From the NCBI GenBank assembly GCA_018061075.1, contig JAGOUW010000002.1:38944-102943 (forward strand): 64,000 nt of DNA, read 5' to 3'. Below are positions 1 to 8,834 of the stretch, in pieces. A program made the position numbers and the translations under genes. The notes below the pieces were generated by a model. The model saw only the letters and a program-made list of their open reading frames with translations, did not search any database and was not told where the DNA came from. Positions within the stretch are counted from its first letter, which is position 1; each line of letters starts with the position of its first letter. Source of the stretch: Candidatus Levyibacteriota bacterium. GTDB taxonomy: Bacteria; Patescibacteriota; Microgenomatia; Levybacterales; UBA12049.

Positions 1-2
1 TT

Positions 3-125
3 CCTGAGAAGTATGTTAGAAAAACTGCTAAAAAAGCAGAAGCTGTAGAAGTAAAAGAAGAAGTTAAAAAACCTGTAAAAACTTCTACCAAGAAAACAAA
101 AACAGTAAAAAAGGAGACTAAATAA
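3..125 (+). CDS. rpsQ: 3' end of a ribosomal protein gene, probably S17 (uS17), with Lys-rich tail (partial, runs off window)
   Basis: Only open frame entering the window (frame 3: [40 protein letters not shown]). Its stop TAA at 123-125 overlaps the rplN ATG. The slot directly upstream of rplN is rpsQ in the conserved cluster. Identity rests on synteny only. Confidence 0.4.
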   Translation, partial: PEKYVRKTAKKAEAVEVKEEVKKPVKTSTKKTKTVKKETK

Positions 126-499
126 TGGTACAGCATAGAACAATGTTAAAAGTCGCAGATAATAGCGGCGCAAAAATATTATTAGTAATTCAGGCCAGAA
201 ATGGTTCTAAGAGAAAGTTTGGATTTATTGGAGACGTTATAAAATGTGTTGTTAAGGAAGCAGCACCTACTGGAACTGTTAAAGAGAGCGAAATGGTAGA
301 AGCAGTGCTTGTTCGAAGTAGAAAAGAATTTAAAAGGCCAGATGGATCTTATATAAGATTTTCTGATAACGCAGCGGTAATTATTGATAATAGAAAAGAT
401 AAAAATCCAATCGGAACTCGTATCTTTGGACCAGTAGCAAGAGAGATTAGAGATCAGGGATTTATGAAAATTTCTAGTATGGCTGTAGAGGTGTTATAA
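125..499 (+). CDS. rplN: 50S ribosomal protein L14 (uL14)
   Basis: 124-aa ORF with canonical uL14 N-terminus [17 protein letters not shown] and C-terminal [16 protein letters not shown] Shine-Dalgarno upstream. Conserved operon position. Confidence 0.97.
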   Translation: MVQHRTMLKVADNSGAKILLVIQARNGSKRKFGFIGDVIKCVVKEAAPTGTVKESEMVEAVLVRSRKEFKRPDGSYIRFSDNAAVIIDNRKDKNPIGTRIFGPVAREIRDQGFMKISSMAVEVL

Positions 500-500
500 T

Positions 501-806
501 ATGAAACTTAAAAAAGAAGACGAAATAATTGTAGTAAAAGGAAAAGATAAAGGTAAAAGAGGAAAGATAGAAAAAGTATTCACAAAGCTTGATTTGGTTT
601 TGGTTCCAGGTTTGAATATGTATAAAAAACATTACAAATCTAGAGTTCAAAATAAGCCATCAGAAATTATTGAAATTACAAAACCTTTTAAGGTTAGCAA
701 TGTAGCATTGGTTTGTCCAAACTGTCATAAAGAAACAAGAATTGGATATAAAATTGATAATAAAGAAAAAGTAAGAATTTGTAGAAAGTGTAATAAAAAA
801 ATATAA
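501..806 (+). CDS. rplX: 50S ribosomal protein L24 (uL24)
   Basis: 101-aa ORF with KOW-type motif IIVVKGKDKGKRGKI. Sits between rplN and rplE. C-terminal part carries CPNC...CRKC. Confidence 0.93.
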   Translation: MKLKKEDEIIVVKGKDKGKRGKIEKVFTKLDLVLVPGLNMYKKHYKSRVQNKPSEIIEITKPFKVSNVALVCPNCHKETRIGYKIDNKEKVRICRKCNKKI

Positions 807-808
807 AT

Positions 809-1348
809 ATGGATAATTTAATGACAAAATATAATACAAAAATTGCGATGGATTTGCAGAAAGAATTAAATATAAATAATTTTTATGCAACACCTAAGCT
901 TAAGAAAATCGTAGTAAACATTGGAGTAAAAGATGCATTAGCTGATAAGAAACATGTAGAAAATTCAGTAAATATCTTAACTCAGATAACAGGACAAAAA
1001 CCTAAAGTAACAGCTGCTAAGAAATCTATTGCTACTTTTAAATTAAGAGAGGGAGATAAGATTGGAGCAGTGGTAACTCTTAGAGGAAAAAGAATGTATG
1101 ATTTTTATGAAAAATTAGTTGGTATCGTTCTTCCTCGTTTAAGAGACTTTAGAGGAGTAAGTGAAAAAAGTTTTGATGGACGTGGAAATTATTCATTGGG
1201 ATTTTCAGAGCCGATTGTTTTTCCAGAAATCGATCCTTCAAAATTAGATAAAGTACAGGGTCTTGAAATAACAATTGTTACAAGTGCAAAAACAAATCAG
1301 GAAGGAATGGCGCTCCTACGTTCGTTAGGAATGCCCTTTCAAAAATAA
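809..1348 (+). CDS. rplE: 50S ribosomal protein L5 (uL5)
   Basis: 179-aa ORF with PKLKKIVVNIGV and FRGVSEKSFDGRGNYSLGF motifs typical of uL5. Operon position fits. Start could alternatively be the ATG at 821. Confidence 0.95.
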   Translation: MDNLMTKYNTKIAMDLQKELNINNFYATPKLKKIVVNIGVKDALADKKHVENSVNILTQITGQKPKVTAAKKSIATFKLREGDKIGAVVTLRGKRMYDFYEKLVGIVLPRLRDFRGVSEKSFDGRGNYSLGFSEPIVFPEIDPSKLDKVQGLEITIVTSAKTNQEGMALLRSLGMPFQK

Positions 1349-1351
1349 TAT

Positions 1352-1537
1352 ATGGCAAAAACATCAAATACAGTTAGCGCAAGAAGAAAACCAAAATATA
1401 GCACACGTTCTAAAAGCGTCTGTAATATTTGCGGAAGAAACAGATCCTATATGAGAAAGTTTGGAGTATGTAGAATTTGTTTTAGAGAATTAGCATCGAA
1501 AGGAGAATTACCGGGAGTAACAAAGGCAAGCTGGTAA
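1352..1537 (+). CDS. rpsN: 30S ribosomal protein S14, short zinc-binding type Z (uS14)
   Basis: 61-aa ORF with CNICGRN...CRICFRE zinc ribbon, ending in KASW. Sits between rplE and rpsH. Confidence 0.95.
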   Translation: MAKTSNTVSARRKPKYSTRSKSVCNICGRNRSYMRKFGVCRICFRELASKGELPGVTKASW

Positions 1538-1548
1538 GATAAAAAATT

Positions 1549-1941
1549 ATGAATCATTCAGTATCAGACTTTTTAATTAGAATAAAAAATGCAGCACTTG
1601 CAAGAAGACGCGAGGTGGATCTTCCTTATTCAAATATAAATAAAGAAATTGGTAAAGTTTTGCAGAAAGAAGGATTCTTGACCGAAATTAAAGAAACAAA
1701 AGATGGAGTTAAGAGAGGATTGCATGCTGTAATTACTTATGAAAAGAGAACACCTGTTCTTTCAAATGTAATTATAATTTCAAAACCATCTTTGAGAGTT
1801 TATAAGCCATCAAAGAAAATAAATGATATTGAAAGAAGAGGAAGACATAAGGTAGTGTTATCCACAAGTCAGGGTGTAATGAGTGGATATGACGCTAAAA
1901 AGAAAGGATTAGGAGGAGAAATATTGTTCGAAATTTGGTAA
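1549..1941 (+). CDS. rpsH: 30S ribosomal protein S8 (uS8)
   Basis: 130-aa ORF with SDFLIRIKNA N-terminal motif and C-terminal GGEILFEIW. Operon position fits. Confidence 0.95.
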   Translation: MNHSVSDFLIRIKNAALARRREVDLPYSNINKEIGKVLQKEGFLTEIKETKDGVKRGLHAVITYEKRTPVLSNVIIISKPSLRVYKPSKKINDIERRGRHKVVLSTSQGVMSGYDAKKKGLGGEILFEIW

Positions 1942-1961
1942 CGAACAAATAAAATATACAT

Positions 1962-2519
1962 ATGTCAAAAATTGCTAAAATACCAGTTGAAATAAAAGAA
2001 GGGGTACAAGTTACTCTAGAAAATAATGGTGTAAAAGTAGTTGGATCTAAAGGAGATCTCTTCTTTGGAATCCCAAATGGAGTTGCTGTAAAAATTGAAG
2101 AAGGAAATGTTTTAGTTACAACAACTGACCAAACTGAAAGATCCAGAGCTTTATCAGGATTAGTAAGAGCATATGTAGCAAATATGGTAAAAGGAGTTAG
2201 CGTTGGATTTTCTAAGAAGCTTGAAATGACTGGAGTAGGATATAGAGCACAGGCTTCAGGAAATACTTTAACTTTAGCAGTTGGATTTTCTCATCCGGTA
2301 ATTATTAAAGCAGATTCAACAATCACTTTTTCTGTTGAAGAAAATGTTGTTACAGTTAGCGGTATGGATAAAGCAATTGTAGGAAATGTAGCAGCACAAG
2401 TTAGAGCTGTGCGTCCTCCTGAGCCATACAAAGGAAAAGGAATAAAATATCAAGGTGAGCGAATTAGAAGAAAAGTTGGAAAAGCAGCAAAAGCAGTAGG
2501 AGCTGCAGGAGCAAAATAA
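1962..2519 (+). CDS. rplF: 50S ribosomal protein L6 (uL6)
   Basis: 185-aa ORF with SKIAKIPVEIKEGVQV...VVGSKGDL and PEPYKGKGIKY motifs. Operon position fits. Confidence 0.95.
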   Translation: MSKIAKIPVEIKEGVQVTLENNGVKVVGSKGDLFFGIPNGVAVKIEEGNVLVTTTDQTERSRALSGLVRAYVANMVKGVSVGFSKKLEMTGVGYRAQASGNTLTLAVGFSHPVIIKADSTITFSVEENVVTVSGMDKAIVGNVAAQVRAVRPPEPYKGKGIKYQGERIRRKVGKAAKAVGAAGAK

Positions 2520-2520
2520 T

Positions 2521-2856
2521 ATGAACGCAACAAAAACAAGAAGACAATTAAGAACAAGAACAAGTATTACATCTAGCGCAGACAGACCAAGACTAACTGT
2601 TACAAGATCTAATAAGTATGTTTCAGCACAGCTTATTGATGATATTAAAGGAGTTACTTTAGTTGGAATGAGTCAAAAAAACCTAAAAACTAAAGGAACA
2701 AAAACGGAAAGCGCAAAAGCGTTAGGACTTGAAATGGCATCTAAATTAAAAGCTAAAAAAATTACAAAGATCGTTTTTGATAGAGGTAGTTATAGATATC
2801 ATGGTAGAGTTAAGAGTATCGCAGAAGGACTACGTGAAGGAGGAGTTGAATTCTAA
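2521..2856 (+). CDS. rplR: 50S ribosomal protein L18 (uL18)
   Basis: 111-aa ORF with RPRLTVTRSNKYVSAQLIDD and FDRGSYRYHGRVKSIAEGLREGG motifs. Confidence 0.93.
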   Translation: MNATKTRRQLRTRTSITSSADRPRLTVTRSNKYVSAQLIDDIKGVTLVGMSQKNLKTKGTKTESAKALGLEMASKLKAKKITKIVFDRGSYRYHGRVKSIAEGLREGGVEF

Positions 2857-2857
2857 A

Positions 2858-3358
2858 ATGGCAGACGCTAATTTTACAAATCAAATAGATAGACGTTCAG
2901 ACGAATACGAAGAAAAAATCGTACAGGTGAGTCGTGTGTCTAAGAAAACAAAAGGTGGAAACAAAATAGGATTTTCAGTAATTGCAGTTGTTGGTGACCG
3001 AAAAGGAAAAGTTGGAGTTGGACTTGGAAAAGCTCCAGATGTTTCTTCAGCAATTAAAAAAGGCGTACTCGCTGGGAAGAAAAATTTAGTTGAAGTACCT
3101 ATTATTAATGGAACAATTCCTTTTGAATTTTATATAAAACTTGGAGCAGCTAAAGTTCTTCTAAAGCCAGCACCTCCTGGATCAGGTGTAATCGCTGGAG
3201 GAGCTGTAAGAAGTGTAGTTTCGGCTGCAGGAATTCAAAACATTTCTTCAAAAGTTTTGGGAACAAAAAACCAAGCAAGTAATGTTTATGCAGCAGTGGA
3301 AGCATTAAGACTTTTATCAATTAGATATAAAAGAGAACAAGAAAGGAAATCTAAATAA
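2858..3358 (+). CDS. rpsE: 30S ribosomal protein S5 (uS5)
   Basis: VSRVSKKTKGGNKIGFSVIAVVGDRKGKVGVGLGKA is canonical uS5. I place the start at ATG 2858 (MADANF...), 1 nt after the rplR stop. The tracked ORF start at 2777 would overlap rplR by 80 nt. Confidence 0.93.
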   Translation: MADANFTNQIDRRSDEYEEKIVQVSRVSKKTKGGNKIGFSVIAVVGDRKGKVGVGLGKAPDVSSAIKKGVLAGKKNLVEVPIINGTIPFEFYIKLGAAKVLLKPAPPGSGVIAGGAVRSVVSAAGIQNISSKVLGTKNQASNVYAAVEALRLLSIRYKREQERKSK

Positions 3359-3810
3359 TGGCACTTCATAGTCTACAAAAAATAAAACATCCGACTAAGA
3401 AAAGACTTGGACAAGGACATGGTTCTGGAAAAGTTAAAACTTCTGGTCGCGGAACTAAAGGGCAAAAAGCAAGAAATAGTGTACCTACTTATTTTGAAGG
3501 AGGAGCATTGCCACTAATTAAAAGACTTCCTTTCAGAAGAGGAAAAGGTAGAAATAAGAGTTTTAGAAACGTGCCTTTAGTCGTTAACTTAAAAAATTTA
3601 GAAGTTTATAAAAAAGGCCAAGTTGTAGATTTGGAATCTTTAATAAAAAATAAAATTGTTAAAGAGAGCGACGCAAAAGAATTTGGTGTTAAGATATTAG
3701 GAGACGGAGAAATTAAAGAAGCATTAACAATAAGAGTCGCAATTTCAAAAAGTGCGCTTCAGAAAATTGAAAAAGCAGGCGGCAAGCTTGAAGCAAGCGA
3801 AAAAAAATAG
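3358..3810 (+). CDS. rplO: 50S ribosomal protein L15 (uL15)
   Basis: 150-aa ORF with GHGSGKVKTSGRGTKGQKAR motif. Its ATG overlaps the rpsE stop (TAATG). Confidence 0.93.
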   Translation: MALHSLQKIKHPTKKRLGQGHGSGKVKTSGRGTKGQKARNSVPTYFEGGALPLIKRLPFRRGKGRNKSFRNVPLVVNLKNLEVYKKGQVVDLESLIKNKIVKESDAKEFGVKILGDGEIKEALTIRVAISKSALQKIEKAGGKLEASEKK

Positions 3811-3822
3811 TCCGGAGTTTAA

Positions 3823-5109
3823 ATGGAGAACCTTTTAAGATTATTTAAAAACAGTTTCAGGGCACCAGACGTCCGACGAAAAATACTTTTTACGGCTTTT
3901 ATTCTCATAGTATTCCGCGTTTTTGCACACATCCCCGTATCAGGAGTCGACCTCATTCAGCTAAAAGCATTATTCGCTCAAAACCAATTACTTGGTTTGC
4001 TCGACATTTTCTCGGGTGGAACTTTAGCTAATTTTTCTGTAATGGCGCTAGGACTTAATCCATACATTAATGCGTCTATTATTATGAATCTTGGAGCTTT
4101 AGTTTTCCCAAAACTTGAAGCACTTCAGAAAGAAGGAGAAGCCGGAAGACAAAAAATAAATCAATACACGAGATTTTTAACTGTTCCTCTTGCTGCGGTT
4201 CAAGCAGTTGGAATGTTTGCCCTTCTTAAAAGTCAGGGAATAATCTCAATGAATAATCCAATCGAGATTGTTTCATTTATTTTAACTATGACTGCTGGCA
4301 CAATGCTTCTTGTTTGGCTTGGAGAGCTTATTACAGAAAAAGGAGTTGGAAATGGAATTTCAATCATAATTTTTGCAGGAATTGTGGGAAGACTTCCAGT
4401 TATTCTTGGTCAAACTCTCACTACTACATCTTCCCAAAATCTTTTTAATGTTCTAAGTTTTGCAGTGATGGGGCTCGTGGTAATTTCTCTAATAGTAGTT
4501 GTGAATGAAGCAACTAGAAGAATAACTATTAATTACGCAAGAAGAGTTAGGGGAAATAAAATGTATGGAGGTCAGTCTACTCATTTGCCGCTTAGATTGA
4601 ACCAAGCCGGAGTAATTCCAATTATTTTTGCAGTTTCACTTGTTCTTCTTCCAAGTCTTTTTGCAAATTATTTAACTGCATCAACGAATCCTGCTTTAAG
4701 AGGAATTGCGACAAATATCGCAGTTTGGTTTAACCCAGACGGCAGTATTTATAACATTCTTTATTTCGTTTTAGTCGTAGTGTTTACTTATTTCTACACA
4801 GCGGTCGTATTTAATCCAAAAAAGATTTCTGAAGAAATTCAAAAACAGGGGGGATTTGTTCCTGGAATTAGACCTGGAGCAGAGACAGCAAAATACTTAG
4901 GATATGTTCTCTCAAGGATTACTTCGGGAGGTGCTTTATTCTTAGGACTTGTCGCGATTCTTCCAGTACTTGGAAGATCAGTTACAAATGTTCAAACACT
5001 TTTACTTGGAGGAACAGGAATCTTGATCGTTGTTTCAGTAGTATTAGAAACTATTAAATCAATTGAAGCACAACTCGTCATGAAAAACTATGAAGGTTAC
5101 CAAAAGTAA
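3823..5109 (+). CDS. secY: Preprotein translocase subunit SecY
   Basis: 428-aa polytopic membrane protein (about 10 hydrophobic segments) with typical SecY strings [12 protein letters not shown] and [11 protein letters not shown]. Sits after rplO. Confidence 0.95.
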   Translation: MENLLRLFKNSFRAPDVRRKILFTAFILIVFRVFAHIPVSGVDLIQLKALFAQNQLLGLLDIFSGGTLANFSVMALGLNPYINASIIMNLGALVFPKLEALQKEGEAGRQKINQYTRFLTVPLAAVQAVGMFALLKSQGIISMNNPIEIVSFILTMTAGTMLLVWLGELITEKGVGNGISIIIFAGIVGRLPVILGQTLTTTSSQNLFNVLSFAVMGLVVISLIVVVNEATRRITINYARRVRGNKMYGGQSTHLPLRLNQAGVIPIIFAVSLVLLPSLFANYLTASTNPALRGIATNIAVWFNPDGSIYNILYFVLVVVFTYFYTAVVFNPKKISEEIQKQGGFVPGIRPGAETAKYLGYVLSRITSGGALFLGLVAILPVLGRSVTNVQTLLLGGTGILIVVSVVLETIKSIEAQLVMKNYEGYQK

Positions 5110-5133
5110 CCAAAACACTAAGGGGTGATTTTT

Positions 5134-5667
5134 ATGAAAATAATTTTAATAGGAATTCAAGGATCTGGAAAATCAACTCAGGGAAATATTCTTTCTGAAA
5201 AACTTGGAATTCCTTATCTCTCAACTGGACATATTTTTAGAGATTTAGCTAAGGAGCATTCAACGCTTGGTCGCCAAATAAAGCTTGTTATGAATGCGGG
5301 ACTTCTTATTTCAGATAAAAAAACAAATCAGATTGTTAGCGATTATCTTTCTCGTCCAGAGTATGAAAAAGGTTACATCATGGACGGATATCCAAGAACT
5401 TTAGTTCAGGCTAAGAGTTTTAAAAATGGAATTGATAAAGTAATTTATTTAAAGATTTCTGACAAAGAAGCTTTATGGAGAATTTCAGGAAGAGAAGCAG
5501 AAAGAGAAGATGAAACGTTGCTCGCGATCCGAAAGAGAATCGACTTATTTCATAAGTTTACAGAGCCAGTTATCGAATATTACAGGGAAAAAGGAAAAAC
5601 AGTAGAGGTAAATGGGGAACAGTCAGTTGAAGAAATAACTAAAGAAATCCTAAAGAGTCTTAAATAA
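5134..5667 (+). CDS. adk: Adenylate kinase (short form, no zinc LID)
   Basis: P-loop GIQGSGKSTQ, then YLSTGHIFR and GYIMDGYPRT motifs. Start placed at ATG 5134 behind SD AAGGGGTGA (the tracked ORF starts at GTG 5125). Confidence 0.9.
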   Translation: MKIILIGIQGSGKSTQGNILSEKLGIPYLSTGHIFRDLAKEHSTLGRQIKLVMNAGLLISDKKTNQIVSDYLSRPEYEKGYIMDGYPRTLVQAKSFKNGIDKVIYLKISDKEALWRISGREAEREDETLLAIRKRIDLFHKFTEPVIEYYREKGKTVEVNGEQSVEEITKEILKSLK

Positions 5668-5672
5668 ACCCC

Positions 5673-6221
5673 ATGAATAAAGTAATAGCCATAGTCGGAA
5701 TGCCCGGAGCTGGTAAAAGTGAAGCGAGTAGTTTTTTTATTGAAAAAGGATTTGAGCGAGTTTATTTTGGATCTGTAATTGTTGACGGGTTAGTAGAGGA
5801 AGGATTGGAAAGAACAGCTGAAAATGAGGCTTATTATCGAAAAAAAATTAGAGATGAGCTTGGAATGAATGCTGTTGCTATTAAATTGCTCCCAAAAATA
5901 AAACAAAACATTTCTGAGGGTAAAAAAGTTATATTGGATGGGTTATATTCATGGGAAGAATACACATTTCTAAAAAAAGAAATATCCAATTTGTATCTCC
6001 TAGCAATTTATGCAAGGCCAGCGATCCGTCATCAAAGACTATTGGAGAGAAAAGAGAGGTCTTTTACGGAAGAAGAAGCTGAGAAGAGAGATGCTGATGA
6101 GATAGAAAAATTAAACAAAGGTGGCCCAATAGCATATTCTGATTATTTAATTAAAAATGAAGGTACAAAGGAAGAGTTTTATCAAAATCTGGGAAAGTTT
6201 TTAGAGGTAGAAAATGGTTGA
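5673..6221 (+). CDS. Second P-loop nucleotide/dephospho-CoA-kinase-like protein (resembles archaeal UPF0200-type kinases)
   Basis: 182-aa ORF with Walker A GMPGAGKSE at residues 9-17, a DG...(L)YSWEE mid motif and a C-terminal acidic helix. The family assignment is from memory of archaeal UPF0200/CoaE-like proteins and is not verified. Confidence 0.5.
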   Translation: MNKVIAIVGMPGAGKSEASSFFIEKGFERVYFGSVIVDGLVEEGLERTAENEAYYRKKIRDELGMNAVAIKLLPKIKQNISEGKKVILDGLYSWEEYTFLKKEISNLYLLAIYARPAIRHQRLLERKERSFTEEEAEKRDADEIEKLNKGGPIAYSDYLIKNEGTKEEFYQNLGKFLEVENG

Positions 6222-6972
6222 TATTAAAACACCAGAAGAAATTGAAATTATGAAACACGGAGGGAAAATTCTCTCAGATGTTTTGTGGGAAGTTTTAGAC
6301 TCAGTTAAGCCAGGAGTTAGCGAATTAGATGTAGAAAGACTTGCTGACAGGTTAATTGCAGAAAAAGGTGGAGAAGCTGCATTTAAAAGAGTAAAAGGAT
6401 ACAAGCATGCGACATGTATTTCTACGAATAATGTAGTTGTTCATGGAATTCCGAGTGATTATAAATTTAAAGATGGGGATATTTTAGGAGTTGATTGTGG
6501 AGTTTTTTATAAAGGATTTAATACGGATATGTCCCATTCTATAATTGTTGGGAAGAAAAAGGATCCCGCTGTTGTTAAATTCCTGGAAACTGGAGAAAGA
6601 GCACTAAACGAGGCTATTAAACAGGCTGTTATTGGTAACAGAATAGGTCATATCTCAAAAACCATCCAAGATATAGTGGAAAAAGATGGTGGATATGGGG
6701 TAGTTAGGGCTTTAATTGGTCATGGTGTCGGTAAAGAGCTTCACGAAGAGCCAGAAGTCCCAGGATATTTAGCTAAGAAAATCGAGAAAACAGCGCTTTT
6801 AAAAGAAGGAATGACTATAGCAGTTGAAGTGATTTACAACATGGGAGGTCATGAAGTTTCTTATTTAAGTGATGATGATTGGACTATTTCGAGCTCAGAT
6901 GGGTCGCTTTCAGGGCTTTTTGAGAGAACAATTGCGATAACTAAAGATGGTCCTTTAATATTAACCAAATAG
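6214..6972 (+). CDS. map: Methionine aminopeptidase type I
   Basis: 252-aa ORF with metal-ligand context VVHGIP, GVDCGVFYKGFNTDMS, IGHGVGKELHEEP and EVIYN. Usual position after adk. Confidence 0.93.
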   Translation: MVDIKTPEEIEIMKHGGKILSDVLWEVLDSVKPGVSELDVERLADRLIAEKGGEAAFKRVKGYKHATCISTNNVVVHGIPSDYKFKDGDILGVDCGVFYKGFNTDMSHSIIVGKKKDPAVVKFLETGERALNEAIKQAVIGNRIGHISKTIQDIVEKDGGYGVVRALIGHGVGKELHEEPEVPGYLAKKIEKTALLKEGMTIAVEVIYNMGGHEVSYLSDDDWTISSSDGSLSGLFERTIAITKDGPLILTK

Positions 6973-7076
6973 TGAGGCTGTAGGTTGCTCTTTCTAGGCT
7001 CGTTTGATATAATAACAAAACAAAATCTCAAAATTGCAACCTCAGGTTCAATGAGGTTTAGTTTTGAATTTTTTTT

Positions 7077-7295
7077 ATGGCACATCAGGGGTCGTTTGAA
7101 GTAGAAGGAAAAGTTTTGGAATCTCTGCCTAATACATTGTTTAGGGTGGAGCTTCCGGACGGTAGAATTATTATCTGTCATCTCTCAGGGAAAATGAGAA
7201 TGCATTTTATTAAGATTCTACCAGGAGACCGAGTTAGAATTGAAATGACACCATATGATGAGTTAAAAGGAAGGATTACCTTTAGGTTAAAATAA
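7077..7295 (+). CDS. infA: Translation initiation factor IF-1
   Basis: 72-aa ORF; [45 protein letters not shown] is canonical S1-fold IF-1. Confidence 0.95.
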   Translation: MAHQGSFEVEGKVLESLPNTLFRVELPDGRIIICHLSGKMRMHFIKILPGDRVRIEMTPYDELKGRITFRLK

Positions 7296-7296
7296 C

Positions 7297-7410
7297 ATGA
7301 AAGTACAAGCAAGTGTCGGACCAAGATGCACAAAATGTAAAATAATTAAAAGACGTGGAGTCGTAAGGGTTATTTGTGATAATCCAAGACACAAGCAAAG
7401 ACAAGGCTAA
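7297..7410 (+). CDS. rpmJ: 50S ribosomal protein L36 (bL36)
   Basis: Not in the ORF track (too short). ATG 7297 translates to [37 protein letters not shown], 37 aa with the C-x2-C...C...H pattern. It sits between infA and rpsM as in most bacteria. Confidence 0.9.
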   Translation: MKVQASVGPRCTKCKIIKRRGVVRVICDNPRHKQRQG

Positions 7411-7412
7411 TT

Positions 7413-7808
7413 ATGAGAATTTCAGGAGTAACTATACCAGAAGAAAAGAAATTAGAAATATCGCTAGCTTATATTTATGGCGTAGGTAGGAATAATGTCC
7501 ATAAAATTCTTGAACTAGCTAAAGTAGACGGCGCAAAAAGAGTAAACACTTTAACTGAAGAAGAGCAAAAAAGAATTCAGCAGGCACTAGAAGGATATAA
7601 AATAGAAGGAGACCTAAGAACAGAAGTAAACGGAAATATTAGAAGACTTAAAGATATAGGTGCATACAGAGGAATGAGACACGCTAGAAATTTACCAGCA
7701 AGAGGTCAAAGAACAAGATCAAATGCAAGAACAAAGAGAGGAAAGAGAGTCACAATTGGAGCTATCAAGAAAGAAGTAGCAACAAAAATGGGACTAGATA
7801 CTAAATAA
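7413..7808 (+). CDS. rpsM: 30S ribosomal protein S13 (uS13)
   Basis: MRISGVTIPEEKKLEISLAYIYGVG and YRGMRHARNLPARGQRT motifs. Confidence 0.95.
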   Translation: MRISGVTIPEEKKLEISLAYIYGVGRNNVHKILELAKVDGAKRVNTLTEEEQKRIQQALEGYKIEGDLRTEVNGNIRRLKDIGAYRGMRHARNLPARGQRTRSNARTKRGKRVTIGAIKKEVATKMGLDTK

Positions 7809-7810
7809 CT

Positions 7811-8209
7811 ATGGCAAAAGCAGAAGTTAAAAAAACAGTTACAAAGAAAAAAGTTAGTAGAATTACTGAGAGCGGTAAGGTTTATATTACTGCAACTTTT
7901 AATAATACACTCGTAACCTTTACAAATAATAAGGGTGATACTGTAGGTTGGAGTAGCGCAGGAGCATCAGGATTTAAAGGAACAAGAAAATCAACTCCAT
8001 TTGCGGCTACTACAGCTGTAGAGACAGTAGCAAAGAAAGCAATTGCTGGAGGAATGAAGAGTGTCGAAGTTTACGTAAAAGGTCCAGGAGCTGGAAGAGA
8101 TTCAGCGCTTAGAGCAATAAAAAGTGCAGGCTTGTCAATTCTTCAAATTGCAGACATTACGCCAATTCCACACAATGGACCAAGAGCAAGTAAGAAAAGA
8201 AGAATCTAA
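7811..8209 (+). CDS. rpsK: 30S ribosomal protein S11 (uS11)
   Basis: GKVYITATFNNTLVTFTNNKGDTVGWSSAG and TPIPHNGPRASKKRR motifs. Confidence 0.95.
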   Translation: MAKAEVKKTVTKKKVSRITESGKVYITATFNNTLVTFTNNKGDTVGWSSAGASGFKGTRKSTPFAATTAVETVAKKAIAGGMKSVEVYVKGPGAGRDSALRAIKSAGLSILQIADITPIPHNGPRASKKRRI

Positions 8210-8214
8210 ATATT

Positions 8215-8817
8215 ATGGGAAGATATACTGGACCAAAACATAAATTAAGTAGACGCGAAGGTGTAAATCTTTTAGATAAGACTTCTAATTCCTTAGCAAG
8301 AAGACTTAATATTCCACCTGGACAGCACGCAAGAAAAAGAAAGAAAAGACCATCAGAGTACGGAACGCAGCTTAGAGAAAAACAAAAAGCAAAAGTAACA
8401 TACGGAATTATGGAGAAGCAGTTCAAGAAGATGTTTAAGTTTGCAGAAAATCAAAAAGATGAAACAGGCGAGCTTTTAGTAGCTCTTCTTGAGACAAGAC
8501 TTGATAACGTAGTTTATAGACTTGGATTTTCAAGGTCTAGAGCAGGAGCAAGACAATTAGTGTCTCATGGACATGTTTTAGTAAACGATAAAAAAATCAA
8601 TATTCCATCATATCAATTAAAAGCAGATGACGTAATTTCAGTTGGCGCAAAATCTCAAGCAAATCCCTTAATATTACAGGCTATGGAAGAAAAGAAAGAG
8701 TTTGTGTCCTATGTTGAGCGTAAAGGAAGCGTGGGAAAGCTTTTGAGAATGCCAAAAAAAGAAGATCTAGAGGTCCCTTTCAACACTCAATTGATCATTG
8801 AATATTATTCAAGATAA
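8215..8817 (+). CDS. rpsD: 30S ribosomal protein S4 (uS4)
   Basis: MGRYTGPKHKLSRREG N-terminus and S4 RNA-binding domain (RLDNVVYRLGFSRSRAGARQLVSHGHVLVN). Confidence 0.95.
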   Translation: MGRYTGPKHKLSRREGVNLLDKTSNSLARRLNIPPGQHARKRKKRPSEYGTQLREKQKAKVTYGIMEKQFKKMFKFAENQKDETGELLVALLETRLDNVVYRLGFSRSRAGARQLVSHGHVLVNDKKINIPSYQLKADDVISVGAKSQANPLILQAMEEKKEFVSYVERKGSVGKLLRMPKKEDLEVPFNTQLIIEYYSR

Positions 8818-8834
8818 TGGTAGAATAAATCTTT

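Noticed and set aside
660-893. Antisense or overlapping ORFs inside well-supported genes. Examples: 660-893, 6201-6404, 6861-7181, 8157-8426, 8918-9115, 10061-10540, 10522-10725, 11904-12209, 12237-12530, 14819-15016, 15133-15318, 16656-16916, 17495-17722, 21140-21418, 24542-24757, 24824-25226, 27563-27760, 28526-28744, 29260-29559, 30164-30479, 34090-34332, 34589-34786, 37969-38229, 38796-39029, 39369-39581, 40331-40522, 40780-40992, 42467-45146 (several), 46386-46796, 47268-47486, 47496-47705, 47741-47959, 48062-48244, 49684-50150, 50535-50726, 53413-57784 (several), 59780-60061, 60383-60574.
   Set aside because: Each lies on the opposite strand of, or out of frame within, a gene with clear family motifs. 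Their translations are low-complexity (Leu/Phe/Ser/Ile-rich). They lack ribosome-binding sites. They are shadow ORFs, as expected in AT-rich DNA with few stops in some frames.
2777-2857. N-terminal extensions of tracked ORFs that overlap upstream genes: S5 from 2777, S9 from 10726, PPAT-DPCK from 30923, RdgB from 34324, Adk from 5125, GH18 from 63711, and the helicase from 21384.
   Set aside because: In each case an internal ATG lies immediately after the upstream stop. That ATG gives the canonical N-terminus of the family, and the extension has no family similarity.
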